Positions 31,680 through 43,797 of a DNA stretch of 64,000 nt are shown here, one piece after another. Source of the stretch: Perkinsela sp. CCAP 1560/9 (taxonomy: Eukaryota > Protista > Euglenozoa: Kinetoplastea); the NCBI GenBank assembly GCA_965644495.1, contig CBFFSA010000010.1:124001-188000 (forward strand), in the 5' to 3' direction. A program made the position numbers and the translations under genes. Under the pieces are notes generated by a model. The model did not search any database. It was not told the DNA's origin and was given only the letters and a program-made list of their open reading frames with translations. Every line of letters begins with the position of its first letter. Position 1 is the stretch's first letter.

Positions 31680-32163
31680 TTCGATCATAAATAGCGAGGG
31701 GTCTATGACGCCGGAAATTACGAATAGAATTAAATCAGCATGGGGAGCTATACACTCGTTGGACAGTTACTGGGCCAGCCATGCGATTCCCAAGAAAGTA
31801 AAAGCCATACTCTTTGAAGCATTGGTTGTTCCAAGACTAGTATACGCATGCGCGACCTGGATCCCCGATAAACGCTCACATAAATACTTATGCACGCGAT
31901 ACGTAAAAATGGTTTGTTATGCCTTAAAAATTTTACCCGTGGAACATACGACAATACGAAACAGTATCAAATTCAAAAGCCATACCAGAATACTCTCTGA
32001 AGCTGGACTCTACAATCTACAAGTCAAACTAGATAGCAGAGTTCTCCAATTTTCTGGACATGTAAAAATAAATATAAATTATTACGAAATAAAGCACTTT
32101 TCGGAAGTTATAGCCCAATCAATGAAGACTACTTCGGAAAATCGAAGTATGAAACTCAACTAG
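31680..32163 (+). pseudogene. RTE/Ingi-like RT C-terminal fragment
   Basis: EITNRIKSAWGA..KVKAILFEALVVPRLVYACATW. Confidence 0.7.
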
Positions 32164-32283
32164 CTTTACCCCTACAAAGGGTACAAATACCGTTTTTGAC
32201 CTGGAAAGCGGAAGCTCAGAAAAGAAAATCGTGGTGGACAAAAGTATATAAATATGTGAAAGAGCAGGAACCTAAGAAAAAGT

Positions 32284-32313
32284 CCTTGTTGTGTACCTTG
32301 TTGTACCTTGTTG
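32284..32313 (+). repeat. Three tandem SL 3'-end relics
   Basis: CCTTGTTG TGTACCTTGTTG TACCTTGTTG then a pyrimidine-rich UTR and ATG. Confidence 0.6.
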
Positions 32314-32419
32314 TTTTCTACTTTTGTCCCCATGACCCCCTTCACCCCTCCGGAGAGGGAAGAGCACCGACCGGTGTGCCCGCTCGCTGGAAAATGGTGG
32401 ATCCTAGCCTCCCCTGGAT

Positions 32420-32789
32420 CGCTAACCTCCCCTGGAAAATGGTGGATTTTCACTTGATAATAATTCAATTCCGCATGAGGAAAAGGATACTCTTTCGTGG
32501 GTTCATCTTCCCACACGGCCCATAACTCCAAACCTTCCTGACGAACTTTTCCGTGCACTGCTATTGATTCATTGGGCTCGTCCTTGCGGCGGAAAAAAGC
32601 TTGCACTGACACCGCCGGCTTGTCGGCCGGTGCCAAAAGAAGTCTCTCCCGGATCACTGCACATACATTGGTCAGATCGTGCGTCGTAAGCGGCTCGGTA
32701 GGCGCGAGCGGCTCCGTCACAGGAGAGGAACGTCGGGAGCTCCGTAAGCTCCGGGTCGAAGGATTCATAGTTGCGAGTTCTGATCGCAA
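32420..32789 (-). pseudogene. Probable gag-like fragment of a VIPER/DIRS-like element
   Basis: Loose similarity (HGKV..W..EYPFP) to the 13631-14386 ORF. Confidence 0.35.
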
Positions 32790-33445
32790 CGTTCCTTTTG
32801 CGAAAATAGAGAAAAGCTACTAGTGTAATAATAAAGTATAGTATTGTATAATTGATAAATAATCTACATATATACATGGTTCCCCCCAGAGGGGGCAATG
32901 TCACACTGAAATCAGATCATAATATTAAAATATCATGTGCCCCGTAGGGCCACGGTCAGATCTCTTATACACAATCAAAAGTATCTTCTTTGATCAATTC
33001 TTTCCGTAAACTATAAATCAAACGAATAAAACTCACTAAAACATTCTGGTATTTGCGTTGCTTTATTTCATCTTATAGCCTACGTCATACGTACAGTGGT
33101 GGGCAACGATATGTACCCCCCCCTATAGGTCTTGTATTTGACCCCCCCCCCCATATTTTCGTGCACCCCCCTGCATGTCACGATTTAAACTTTGCTCTAC
33201 AATTTTTTTAAAGGCCTTGCGCGCTGTAATAAGATAACGAATGTATGAAGTAACTGAGTGAAGGGGCTCAGCCCCCCACTCCCGCAGCCTCCAACCCGCT
33301 CACGCGTATCCAACACCCGATCGCACGTAATTCAAAATTCCCCCCCCCCCCAATTCCGATTGCCGTTGACCAGACGACTATCAGAAACTAGAAACTATCC
33401 TTTTTTTTAGAAAGCGAAATTATGCCCCGTTTGATAACTGATTCT

Positions 33446-34165
33446 TCAAAATTGTCTGCTAATTGGATCCGCGGGGTTGTCTTTCGTATTCATATACTGC
33501 GCCTGTATACATAGCCCACGTTCCTCCGCCAATTCCAAAACCTTACGAAGTTCGGATGCAATTCCGTCGGATTTCGTTATTCTACGGTTGAGTGCGGCCT
33601 TGCACGAAGTATTGTCTACGTATAACTCCAAACAGGTGTCCCACTTCAATTTTTCCTGGAATTTCTCTAAGGAAAGCCGAACCGCCATAGCTTCAGCGCG
33701 GTTCACTTCGTATTTCAAATCTCGTCCCCAGGGACCACCTACAATGTGGACCTGACCCGTGTCCATGTACAAGTTACCTCCCCACCCCTTACCGGATGCA
33801 TCGGTGTACAATTTATGCAAAATCAGAATGTGGTAAAGGTTTTCTCGGTATATTCGTAGCGAGTTCATTCCGCCATTGTCCTGACATCGCTCTGATTTTG
33901 AATGGGAGGTCAACTTTCCTATGCCCTATATTTGGGACCCGGTTCAACAAATTAATGCGCCGTTGTGCCACCTTGATAGCAAAATGATATTTGGGCATAA
34001 TGACACCAAGAACAGCAGAGCTGCACATGAGGCGCCCCACCGCCGCCTCCAGCTCCACAAATGTTAAAGATGTAAATGTGTCGTTTCTCAACTTTGAGAT
34101 CACCTTCGGGACCAGGCACACCCGATGCGTCTCGTGGTTATAAAGAACGCCATTAAAAAGGTATT
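33446..34165 (-). pseudogene. Frameshifted RT-tether/RNase H fragment, VIPER/DIRS-like
   Basis: YLFNGVLYNH..LEAAVGRL; LYTDASGKGWGG..VDNTS..NPADPISR. Confidence 0.85.
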
Positions 34166-34561
34166 TTGATACTGGAAGTTGCCCCTTATCTTCAAATAGT
34201 GATGATGATGATGATGATGATGGGTGCACCCATTTGGCCTTTGCAGGCTGTGGGCCCTCTACCGTCCACGCGAGGGTGGCCCGACCGCTCGGATGTTACT
34301 CCGATGCGTACGACCGGTCCTTGCGGACCGGCGGGCGAGCCAGCCGTAGCAAGCCACGGCTGGCACTTCACATAGGACGGGAGTCGGAGAGCATCACGGA
34401 GAGTGAGGCTAGGCCACACACTGACCAGCGGTCCCTACGAGAGGGGCCACCGGTCCTCCGCGCTCCTTCAAAGAAGGTGGGAAGAAGAAGGCGGGAAGCA
34501 GTGGTACCCTAGTTGTTTGGCACCTTGTTTTATTGGTGCTGAGTAACCCCCCCTGATTATA

Positions 34562-35720
34562 AACCCCGCGTCATGAAAGGTGACCCCCCACTTTTTTTCG
34601 TACAAGTGTCCGTTTGAGCTGATTTTTGTTGCATTTTGCAGATCTCAACACAAGGACTTTGCGCGTGAAGAAATGAAACAAAAAGAAGCGAATACGTATA
34701 TTTTATTGAGGAATTACCATTTTTTCACTTTTTCGCCTTTCAATCTTATACACTCCTTAAGGCGTGAGTCAAAGCTTAAGACCGTTTTGTCGATCACATT
34801 TTGAGACAAGCGAGACCACGCTTTGCGTACACATCGGATGAGTGAAGGCTTATCCGATGGGGTCTGTTCGTCCACCGCCCCTTGGACCATAGACCAGACG
34901 TTTTCTATTGGGGAAAGATCTGGTGAGTTGGGGGGCCAAGTTTTCAGAAGTTCACTCATTGCGCTTTCAATGTACTCCTTTGAGGCACGAGCAGTGTGTG
35001 CCGTTGCCCCATCTTGCTGAAAAATACGATTAGGGGGGAAATCTACCTCTTTTAATGTTTCTATGTACATCTCACTTGTAATAGATGTGTCATTTTGTAG
35101 AATTACCAAGTACCTCCACCCCACCCCTACAGCACCCCAAACTTGGCATCTTGGTGCCCAACGTACTTTTTGACGCGGGGCTGCTTTTTGACCGCGCCTT
35201 ACCCACATTTTTCTTCTGCCATCATTCGTATCAAATATTTTTTCGTCTGTAAAGATGACACGGGAAGTATCCATATTGTAATTCAACGCAAATTGAACTC
35301 TTTTTACTTTTTGTCGTTCGGTAAGCCCTTGGCATAGCGGTCGAGCGGCATAACTGTAATCCAGGGATGATAAGTCTCTCTGTACAGTTCTTTTTGAAAC
35401 TTGTATATTCTTTTTCTTCAATTGGGCTGCTATGCGCCTTGATGAATTGAGTCTCGGTACTCCAGCGGGGTCATGAGGGGTTATTATCTCCTCAATTTTC
35501 GTTTTACGAGTTTTCATTATTTTTTTTCGCTCAGGACTCAAAGTGTATACTGGGGTAGTTTTTTTTCGTTCAAATATTTTTTAACTATCCTTCTAGAAAC
35601 GTTGAAATCACGGGCTAGCTCTTTTATTGGTACTCCTTGTCCGTGCCTCATCTTTAAAAGAACCTTTCCACTAGAAGTCAGCCCCCCTCTTGGGAGTCGA
35701 TATGGTGATTTTGGCATTTT
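34562..35720 (-). mobile_element. Tc1/mariner element with a frameshifted DD34E transposase; only one TIR retained
   Basis: ORFs 35538-35777 (HTH) and 34714-35541 (FTDEKIF, QQDGATAH, WPPNSPDLSPIENVW). End TA-AACCCCGCGTCA resembles the TIR at 48004. Confidence 0.88.
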
Positions 35721-36676
35721 TGAAAAAAAAGGTGAGTTCACCGACTGCGCTGCCCCCTTCGCCTCCCCCTTCGCCACCCCCTTCGCCGCTCTCTTCGCCG
35801 CCCTCTTCCCCGCCCCTTTGCCGCCCCCTTCCCCGCCCCTTCTCCGCCCCCTTCGCCGACTGCCCTGCCCTCTTCGCCCGCCCGCTTTGGGTCACTCCTT
35901 GTGCGCCTCCCCTTGCGCGGCACTACCCGGTGCCAACATAACAAGGCACTAAATATGTAGGGCAGTTGTCATCCTGGCAACGCAGAATGGGTGGTACCGC
36001 CCGGTACCGAATATAACAAGGTACTAAGGAACTAGGGTGGGTGCCATTCGGGCTAATCTTTGGATTTGTTTGTGTTTTTTTTATCCACTCTCAAAAGATA
36101 GAGTGGTTTTTTTAGATAGACCCGAAATGCACCCTGAAGACGAGCCCCTAAGGGGAACTTCATACCGCATTTCAGGTCGGATACCGCTCATCTGCGGCTT
36201 GCAACTAGCCCATGATAACGGGGCTAGGGTCAGAATTCGGAGAGATACGAGCTTATTGAAGCTGAGGTTTAGTCCTTTGAAGCTGAGGAGCCAAGTCCGC
36301 TCGAGGGTATAATACCCTAGAAGACTTGGTCCGTTGAAGCTGAGGAGTCCAAACCGTTGAAGCTGAGACTCGAGGCTCCCGAACTATGCCAGCAAGCCGT
36401 TCGAGCTAATCTCTCCTTCGGGAGACGTGGGGCGTTCGGAACGAACTGGTGCAACCCCCTGTTCGCCCCGAATAGCGGGAGCTCAGCTTCCCACGTGCCC
36501 GGGGAAGGACGTCCTCGGAACAGCGGAACAACGTACGTAGTCGCATCACTGCGATTGCGTATGATATCCGAACTCGCAAGAGATCGGATGGCTCAGAGGC
36601 CAAGATACACCTTCCCCCAAGCTACCTCGGCTTTCTCCGGGGAGGCTACATCTCAAGTAGGGATAAATGCCTGTGT

Positions 36677-36765
36677 TTCATTCATTCATTCATTCATTCA
36701 TTCATTCATTCATTCATTCATTCATTCATTCATTCATTCATTCATTCATTCATTCATTCATTCAT
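36677..36765 (+). repeat. (TTCA)n microsatellite
   Basis: About 22 perfect units. Confidence 0.95.
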
Positions 36766-36859
36766 GGGTTAAAGCGAGAGATGGCATGCGGATTTTATCA
36801 GGTGCCAATTCCGTTATATTCTCGAGCAAAATTTCGATTTTGATCAGAGAGCGGTGCAT

Positions 36860-37713
36860 TGTATGAGTTAAACGTAATGCCGGTGGGACATCGTTGTGCG
36901 CCTGAAATAATGCACACAAGCACCGCTACACTGGCAGGAGACCCGAAGTACTGCACAGAGCAGGGTGCATATTCCGACCCTTTTCAAGCAGATGTTTATG
37001 TCGATGGGTTGAGATTTGCTGGTACAATTGAACAAACCGAAAAATATAAGGATTTTGTGGATAAGCGCGCATAGGAAGTGGGAGTAACATTCAAGGATAT
37101 AGGCAAAGAACCGATGCAACAGTACGTTTTTAATGGAGTAGAATACTGCCATGAGGAAGCAAGAGTTAGAATGGGACCTAAAATCGTGAAGCGTATGCAA
37201 AACGATCGTTTTCGGAACAAGACTTATGGAAAATTGGAGTCAGCAGTTGGAATGTTGGTTCACGCATCGTCGGTTCTGGGTGAGCCCAAAGCGAATCCTG
37301 ACACAGTGCCACACCGCCACAGAATTTACACCGACGCATCGGGAACAGGTTGGGGAGCGATTCTCTACTTAGATTTTGGTCCTATTGTTTGTGTGGGAGA
37401 TAGGTGGGAAGATGATTTCGTGTACGAAGTAAACCGAGCCGAGACGAGGGCCGTTCGTCTTGCGTTCGAAAAATTAGCGCATCACTTTCAACGTGGAACC
37501 TGTATCGATTTATTTATCGATAACACTTCGTGTCTAGCATCCATCAATAAGAAGTCTACGAAGTCGGATGGGATCAGTATGGAACTCACTGGGCTGTTGA
37601 ATTTTTTAAGAAAGGAAGGAATTGCAGTTCAACCCCATTATGTAGCATCGAAAGAAAACGCCGCTGACCCATTGAGCCGGCAACGAATTGCGAAAGGGGA
37701 AACAAGTGACTAG
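36860..37713 (+). pseudogene. Degraded RT/RNase H 3' part, VIPER/DIRS-like (same family as 15747-16200)
   Basis: MPVGHRCAP, YVDG, YTDASGTGWG, FIDNTS, NAADPLSR. Shares 3' flank with 15705-15752. Confidence 0.85.
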
Positions 37714-38449
37714 CGAAAGGGTGGTCCCCGCGTGGACACCCGTTCGCGATAGGGAGGGATGTATATAAAAGGATAGGTATAAAATATTTGATTCTTTTGC
37801 GTACAAATAATTTTTTTTTAGGCTCTTCGTTAAACGCGGTGGTTGTTTTCAACTTAGAAGTCACTCATGCTGCGCGCTTCGCGTTGAAAACTACCACCGC
37901 GTTTAACGAAGAGCCTAAAAAAGAAAAATCTCCAAAAGATCATGAATAATCTAGTTTTTTGGGTGAAAAATCTTTACGACAAAAATTGCGAAATTTTAAC
38001 CCGAATTTAGGCAGTTTTTGATGCCTTACCAGTAGCGGCAGGAGGCGAATCTGTTGACAAAAACGTCGTAGAATGGTAGATGAGGTGCAAAACTCTTAAA
38101 ATACGTTTTAGGAGTCAATTTCGGAAAAATAATATTTTTGTTTTTTTTGGTTCAATTTTTTTTTTTGGTCACCCCAAAAAATTCGGAAGTTTTGACCTTG
38201 TCGGACCCCTCCTGCGCGTACCAGGGGGGGTACCCCCAGGGGGGGGGGGTGGAAAATTATCGCCGCGGCCTACTCTACCACTTCCCTGCGCTCGATTTCG
38301 AAAAGTAAAAAATTCGAAAAAAATTTCGCGACGTATGCCCCAATCAACAAAAATGTATCGAACCAAAAAATGTATCGAACAAAAAATGTACATTTTAATG
38401 TAAATGTAAACGGATTTTAAATAGTGTCCAAACATTCTAATTTAGTTCA

Positions 38450-39337
38450 ATGAGAACTACGTGCAGAAGGTGTTTCTATGTTAGTGGAGGTGCGATGCAT
38501 GTTGATCTGAAGGTGCTTTCTCGGAATCACCAAAAATCTTTAACGATAGAAGGAGCAATCTTAGATCCCAACCTTCCGCATTCCATATTTCCAATTTGGA
38601 TTCTTGAGGAATTACGTATCCCAACTCGTTTTCTCCCAACAGGATACTTCACTGAAAAGGAAACGAAAGCACACTGGAAGCCCTTGCCACGCTATAAGAA
38701 CATGCTTCACAATTGTGAATCCTGGAAAGACAATTCCTCAAACGAGGTGGATGCAATACTCGCCGGCCCTGTCGCACTTTACATTGTCGGTCAGAACACG
38801 CCGTGTTTTGAGAACGCTCTTTTTGTGGACGAGTCACAATGGAGAGCATGTGCGTTGCGCTTTGGAAAAGACATTCTTTCACAATCCGCAGATAGTATGC
38901 GCAACCAAAATGACGACTCTATAGAGTGCGATATTCGCCTCGGAAGAGACTGTATTGAGCACAGTACGTTTCTCTCCGAGCTTCGCCCGGGAGGTCTTCT
39001 CAATCCCCAGCCCCTGGAGGCACTGAAAAAACTTCCTCATGGCATGGTGTGCGACTATGGGGCCTCTCCCTGGGTCAAGCGACCCTGGACACGTATGCGT
39101 CATATGGACATTGAGGAGTTGCAGCGGGGACCAGAGCTCAGAGAGTATATAGGACCGAACCCACGGGATAGCACTCCGTGGCGGTTCTCACAACATTGCA
39201 AATACTTTCGAATCGGAATCTGGCGTGAAATTACGCGCCGCCGAGAGTTTCATCCCGGGCTGCACCATCACAGCTCATGGCAGAAATCTTATCAACAAGC
39301 CGTTCCTGGAACCCGTCCGTGGGCACCATCACCTTAG
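38450..39337 (+). CDS. Hypothetical host protein, 295 aa, possibly mitochondrial
   Basis: Long clean ATG-started ORF; Arg-rich N-terminus like a short targeting peptide; no TE motifs. Confidence 0.7.
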   Translation: MRTTCRRCFYVSGGAMHVDLKVLSRNHQKSLTIEGAILDPNLPHSIFPIWILEELRIPTRFLPTGYFTEKETKAHWKPLPRYKNMLHNCESWKDNSSNEVDAILAGPVALYIVGQNTPCFENALFVDESQWRACALRFGKDILSQSADSMRNQNDDSIECDIRLGRDCIEHSTFLSELRPGGLLNPQPLEALKKLPHGMVCDYGASPWVKRPWTRMRHMDIEELQRGPELREYIGPNPRDSTPWRFSQHCKYFRIGIWREITRRREFHPGLHHHSSWQKSYQQAVPGTRPWAPSP

Positions 39338-39978
39338 CCACCATATCATAAATCGGTGTGGTTTACACCAACTATTCAATAATTCTCTTCAACTATTCAA
39401 TATAAGCCTCCGAGATTTAATGCTCCCTCTTTGTCGATACATGCACTAGTAACTGTATTAGCATACGTTTCCGCTACTCCATACGGTGTCGGCCATAAGG
39501 TTCCTCCCTAACGAGTGAACTTTTTTGTCCGTTTTTTACCATGCCCCTGAAGCCCCTATGCCAGTAGGATTGAAACCTCGTAGGATTTAAAATGTAGGGT
39601 GCTGTTGAGTAAGGCGTGCGATGGCACACTGAACGTCAGGACACGCCCCGCAACGTATGTGTGTTCCCGCGCTGGTCATGACGTGCTTAAAAGCAGCTGT
39701 GGACTAATAGACCTAGTCATGAAAAAATGATGAAAATCGCGAAGAAACAATTAAGTTTAGACAAAAATACATTACATTGCAATAATGTAACGCAAGTATA
39801 TTACATTGCAATATGTACATTGTATATTATTTGAGAAAAAACATGCTACAAACATACTCCTTTTTCTTCTAAAAAAGTGTGCAATCTTTGCTGGATTCTA
39901 TCTTTTGTTCTGTAGCGAAGTTAGTGAACGCAAATAAAAGTTCGATCTCATAACTTATATCGCTTTATTCCTGTGTAC

Positions 39979-40305
39979 ATGTCTCCGATTACTTCCATCA
40001 CAAGTGTCGAACAGCTAAAAGCCGTTTTACGCGACAACCGTAAAGTAATTGTGAAGTTTGAAGCTGATTGGTGCGGTCCATGCCGTGCACTCGCGCCGTT
40101 TTTCGAGACGCTTTCCGAACAACACAAAGAGAGCATTGTCTTCTGTAAAGTTGATGTTGATGAGGCTGCAGAAGTTGCTGAAAGTGAGTCCGTTACTTGT
40201 ATGCCGACGATCAAGGCCTTTCACAATGGAAAACTGATTGATACAGTTATGGGCGCCTCACAGCCAAACATTACGAAATTGGTTACCGATCTTCTGAATG
40301 CATAG
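39979..40305 (+). CDS. TRX: Thioredoxin
   Basis: WCGPC active site, KVDVDE, CMPT cis-Pro motif, 108 aa. Confidence 0.95.
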   Translation: MSPITSITSVEQLKAVLRDNRKVIVKFEADWCGPCRALAPFFETLSEQHKESIVFCKVDVDEAAEVAESESVTCMPTIKAFHNGKLIDTVMGASQPNITKLVTDLLNA

Positions 40306-40792
40306 ATGGTTTTGTTACGCAAGGATGTTCACAGCTTTATTCATTTCTAATATTCGTTAAGCGGTAGTCGAGTCTTCTTATGGTCTAGTTATCGTGCGCG
40401 ATGACAGAAAAGACATACAGTCTTTATTGATACAACGAAGAAAATGCGTAAATACTTAATGATAAACCACTCGATTTTTTTATTCTTGTTTTTCAGACAG
40501 AGTTCTTTTTCGACATATTTTTGAGAGAAGGAGTTCAAGAAGTGCTGCAAAAATAATATACCGATACCTTTATGCATAGAAGGAACTGGTATACTGTACG
40601 CTTGTGGAAGAAGGTAGTCAGCAAATGAAATGCAACCTACACTGTACGTGTCATAAAAAGGGAACTATCCCATCAAAAACTATCCTGTCTTCTGTAAAAT
40701 ACGGTTGTAAGAAAAACAAATCCCGATCTTGTCGTTTCGCTTTCTAACCACAAACCTGCATTTTTAACCCCCTCATTCCTTCCCCCCACCCC

Positions 40793-41389
40793 ATGTGGCG
40801 TCACCCCTCGCGCACCTGTCGACCCCCCCACCAGGTCAACCGCCCACCCCTTCACGCCGTGGCCACTCGATTTTTGAAGCCTCTCTCCCCGGTTGCGGCC
40901 CCCCCCGCGACGGGTTCCCCGCTGCAATCTCTCGCGGACTTCGCCCCGCAAGCGGCCGCGGTCGTTTCCCCCGGCCGCGAGGGGATCGCCCCGCAGCCCC
41001 GGATCGGCATCGTGGGGATCGGACTCGGCCGGGACCGGTACGGCCGGCGCGTGGCGAAATTCGGCAAGGTGGTGAAAAGCGCAGCCGGGGAGACGCTGGA
41101 GGAGAGGTACGTGGAGCGGGTGTGGGGGCGAGAGGACCCGGTGCTCCCCCCCGCGGGCCGCGAGCCCGTTGGAGCGTGTATCGTGGTGGATCCCGACGAC
41201 ACGACGGGGGGAGGGCAGGGGAGGGTGGCACAGGGGCAGGGGAGGGTGCTGGGGGAGAAGGGGGGATGCGGTGCAGAGGACGACGGGGGTGTTGTTGGGG
41301 TTGATGCAGAGGAGGAGGAGGAGGAGGCTATTACCGAAGCGGCGGTATTGTCGGAAAGTACGGAGGATTCGGTAAATCGAGAAGGGTGA
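40793..41389 (+). CDS. Hypothetical protein (GC-rich; frame uncertain)
   Basis: ATG-started 198-aa ORF, same strand and C-then-G skew as delta-COP; competing overlapping ORFs exist. Confidence 0.4.
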   Translation: MWRHPSRTCRPPHQVNRPPLHAVATRFLKPLSPVAAPPATGSPLQSLADFAPQAAAVVSPGREGIAPQPRIGIVGIGLGRDRYGRRVAKFGKVVKSAAGETLEERYVERVWGREDPVLPPAGREPVGACIVVDPDDTTGGGQGRVAQGQGRVLGEKGGCGAEDDGGVVGVDAEEEEEEAITEAAVLSESTEDSVNREG

Positions 41390-42100
41390 GGCTGCGGGGG
41401 GCAAGGTTTCATGTAGGGGGAGGTGTGGCCATGTGGTACGGTTGGGTACCTCTACCCTTGTAGTTGTACAGCGCTGAACATTGCAACGAAGTTTTCGTAA
41501 GGGTTATGTCTGTGGTCAAGGTTGAGGCACATACCCGCACGGATAAGCAAAGGTTGATACTTTGTGATAAGTAACGGAGCTGGCTAACGAAGGGGGGGGA
41601 TTGCTATGAATCTTCAAATGAAGGGTGTGGCGTTGTATGATTTCATGTGATCTGGTTTTGACCCCCCACCTGGTCTTCGGGAAAGGCATTTTTTGTTTTC
41701 TTTAGACCTTTGCGTAGTTTAGAATTAAAGCCTTTACGTAGGCCTTAGAAGGTTTATTGGTACCTCTACATTTCGGTTGTATGCTTTTAGTGCTTTACCT
41801 ATATTGATCTATTGTTTTTCCAACTTTTCGGATTGAGGGCTTTCAGTTTCCGTGAACGGTTATTCCCACTGTTACTAGAGAAGCTGCAAGGGTCTTGTGG
41901 TAGTGCAGCTGGATACTTCTAAAGTGTTTTCTTCGGGCGGGGGCTTGAAAGGGGAAAAATATCGGGTCAACTGCAGTCAAAATGTACCCTAAATTTGTTT
42001 TTTCTAAAAACTGTATATTTCCATCACATATGTGTTCCTTTTTTGTTTTTACGCAAATTTGCATATGAATAAGACGATTTACCGATAATTTCTGCCTCGT

Positions 42101-42589
42101 CTACAACAAATTCGATAGGTCTTCTGATGAAAATTCCGATTTTAATAGAACTGAATGGTTTTCATCCACCCCAAGTTCCCGCATCAAAATGAAATATATA
42201 TGCTTACATCGATTGCCCAGACGTCCGTCACGGCAAGTGCATCGAGCACCACCAGGACCAACATAAATAGTGTAGTGGCGGTCAGTGGCACTTTTTATCA
42301 TATGCTTGTGGAATCCCATTTCATCCCTTCCATATCTGCGTTTGAGTCTTATATGTTCAGTGAGCGCTCGACCTAGTGGCGTGGTTGGGCTTTCATAATC
42401 TTCCTGAAGGTCCTCACTAGAGTCACTGGAAACTTCCGCATCTTCTTCATTTGACTGATCTCCGTATACCGCGCTATTGTCAGAGGAGTATCTCGCCATA
42501 ACAGTCATAAGGTTCTGAAAACGCTTTTTAGCTTCCGCCTTGAAGAAGACCGTGCAAATAAAATGCGCTCGTGCCTGACAGCTTTCCAA
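42101..42589 (-). CDS. SWIM zinc-finger protein or fragment
   Basis: CTCRDGRLGNRCKHIYFIL = CxC..CxH SWIM motif. Confidence 0.6.
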   Translation of the reverse strand: MESCQARAHFICTVFFKAEAKKRFQNLMTVMARYSSDNSAVYGDQSNEEDAEVSSDSSEDLQEDYESPTTPLGRALTEHIRLKRRYGRDEMGFHKHMIKSATDRHYTIYVGPGGARCTCRDGRLGNRCKHIYFILMRELGVDENHSVLLKSEFSSEDLSNLL

Positions 42590-42630
42590 ACTTCTGCCCC
42601 ATTTGTGAAAAAAACGCTTGCAGTAACCCT

Positions 42631-43386
42631 TTACACTGGCATGGGCAGACTCTGCGTTGTTGATATGAATGTTGACGTGCGGGGAGTGCTCTCGCGAGAA
42701 TGCATCAGCGTGGCAAATAGTGTAATGTCGGCAAAAGGCATCGATTCCACGATATGCAGCCCACTCATCAGTATAATTACCATGGCATTTCTATTTTCTA
42801 TGACTGATCGGACAAACCTGTAGCAAACCTCTCTCGTTCGGCGAACCGTTGCCTCCCAGTATGTTTGCAATGATTTCCCGGTGTTTGGATCAACCTCTGT
42901 AGCCGTCATAAACCAGAACTTTTGTTTGCGGACTTGTCTCCCGCGATGGTGCAGGCGTTTCCCAATATATGTCTCATCCGCCATAACGTACTTCATGAGC
43001 ATGTGCGGGGAACGGGGAATGCTGAATATGCGTTCAATTTCACTTAGGTCTGTAAGAACTGAACGAAGAGACCTGAGCGCTTGCAAAGCTGCGTTCAAGG
43101 GCAGGCTACCTTGCGCTAGAAGCAGCCAACATCGAAATTTATCAACAATTCGACAGTTTAAAGGAAAAAAGGGGCCAAATTTCGGAATTTTTAGGCGGCA
43201 CTTCGAACCGTCTTCGAGTTTTTTGAAGCATTGATCGCTTCTCGGTTTCTCTTTGCAGCGAAGACACTGTGTATAAGCCCCGAAAGAGTGATTTACTAGC
43301 CAGGAAACAACATTCTCTGACGTTATTTGCAAAATTGACGTAACTAGCGTCAAGCACGCAAAAGTTCTACACCCTGAGCAGTCCAT
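42631..43386 (-). pseudogene. Merlin (IS1595/ISXO2-like) transposase, degraded
   Basis: N-terminal CxxC; VMADETYIGKRLHHRGR is typical of ISXO2/Merlin DDE domains; frame lost at the 3' end. Confidence 0.7.
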
Positions 43387-43797
43387 TCAATGGTTTAAGA
43401 CGTAAACAAAGCTTAAAAGTGGGTGAAAATGACTCAAAACTATCAAGTAAATAATTAATCACACATATTTTTTTGTCAAAAAAAGTAAAAAAAAATGAAA
43501 TTTAGGGTACAGTTTGACTGCATATTACCCAAAATATCTTCTCCTTGTGCGGATAAGTATTTACTGAATAGCACTTACGATGACAAATGAAATACAAAAT
43601 GAAAAATTTTGCTGTGGACGTAGCTGGGAAGGTGGGGGTCGCCAAGCCCCAACATTGTCCAATCGAACGATTCGAACAATGCCCTTGACCAGATACTATT
43701 TTATAGTCTACAAATTGTGGAAGGAGTATACAACCATGGAAATAAGTATACCCAAAATGCGTACAATGCCTGCCGGCAAACGGCGAATTCCTACATA

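Noticed and set aside
35690-35950. Overlapping Pro/Gly-rich ORFs
   Set aside because: Artefacts of a CCCTTCGCC-type low-complexity repeat.
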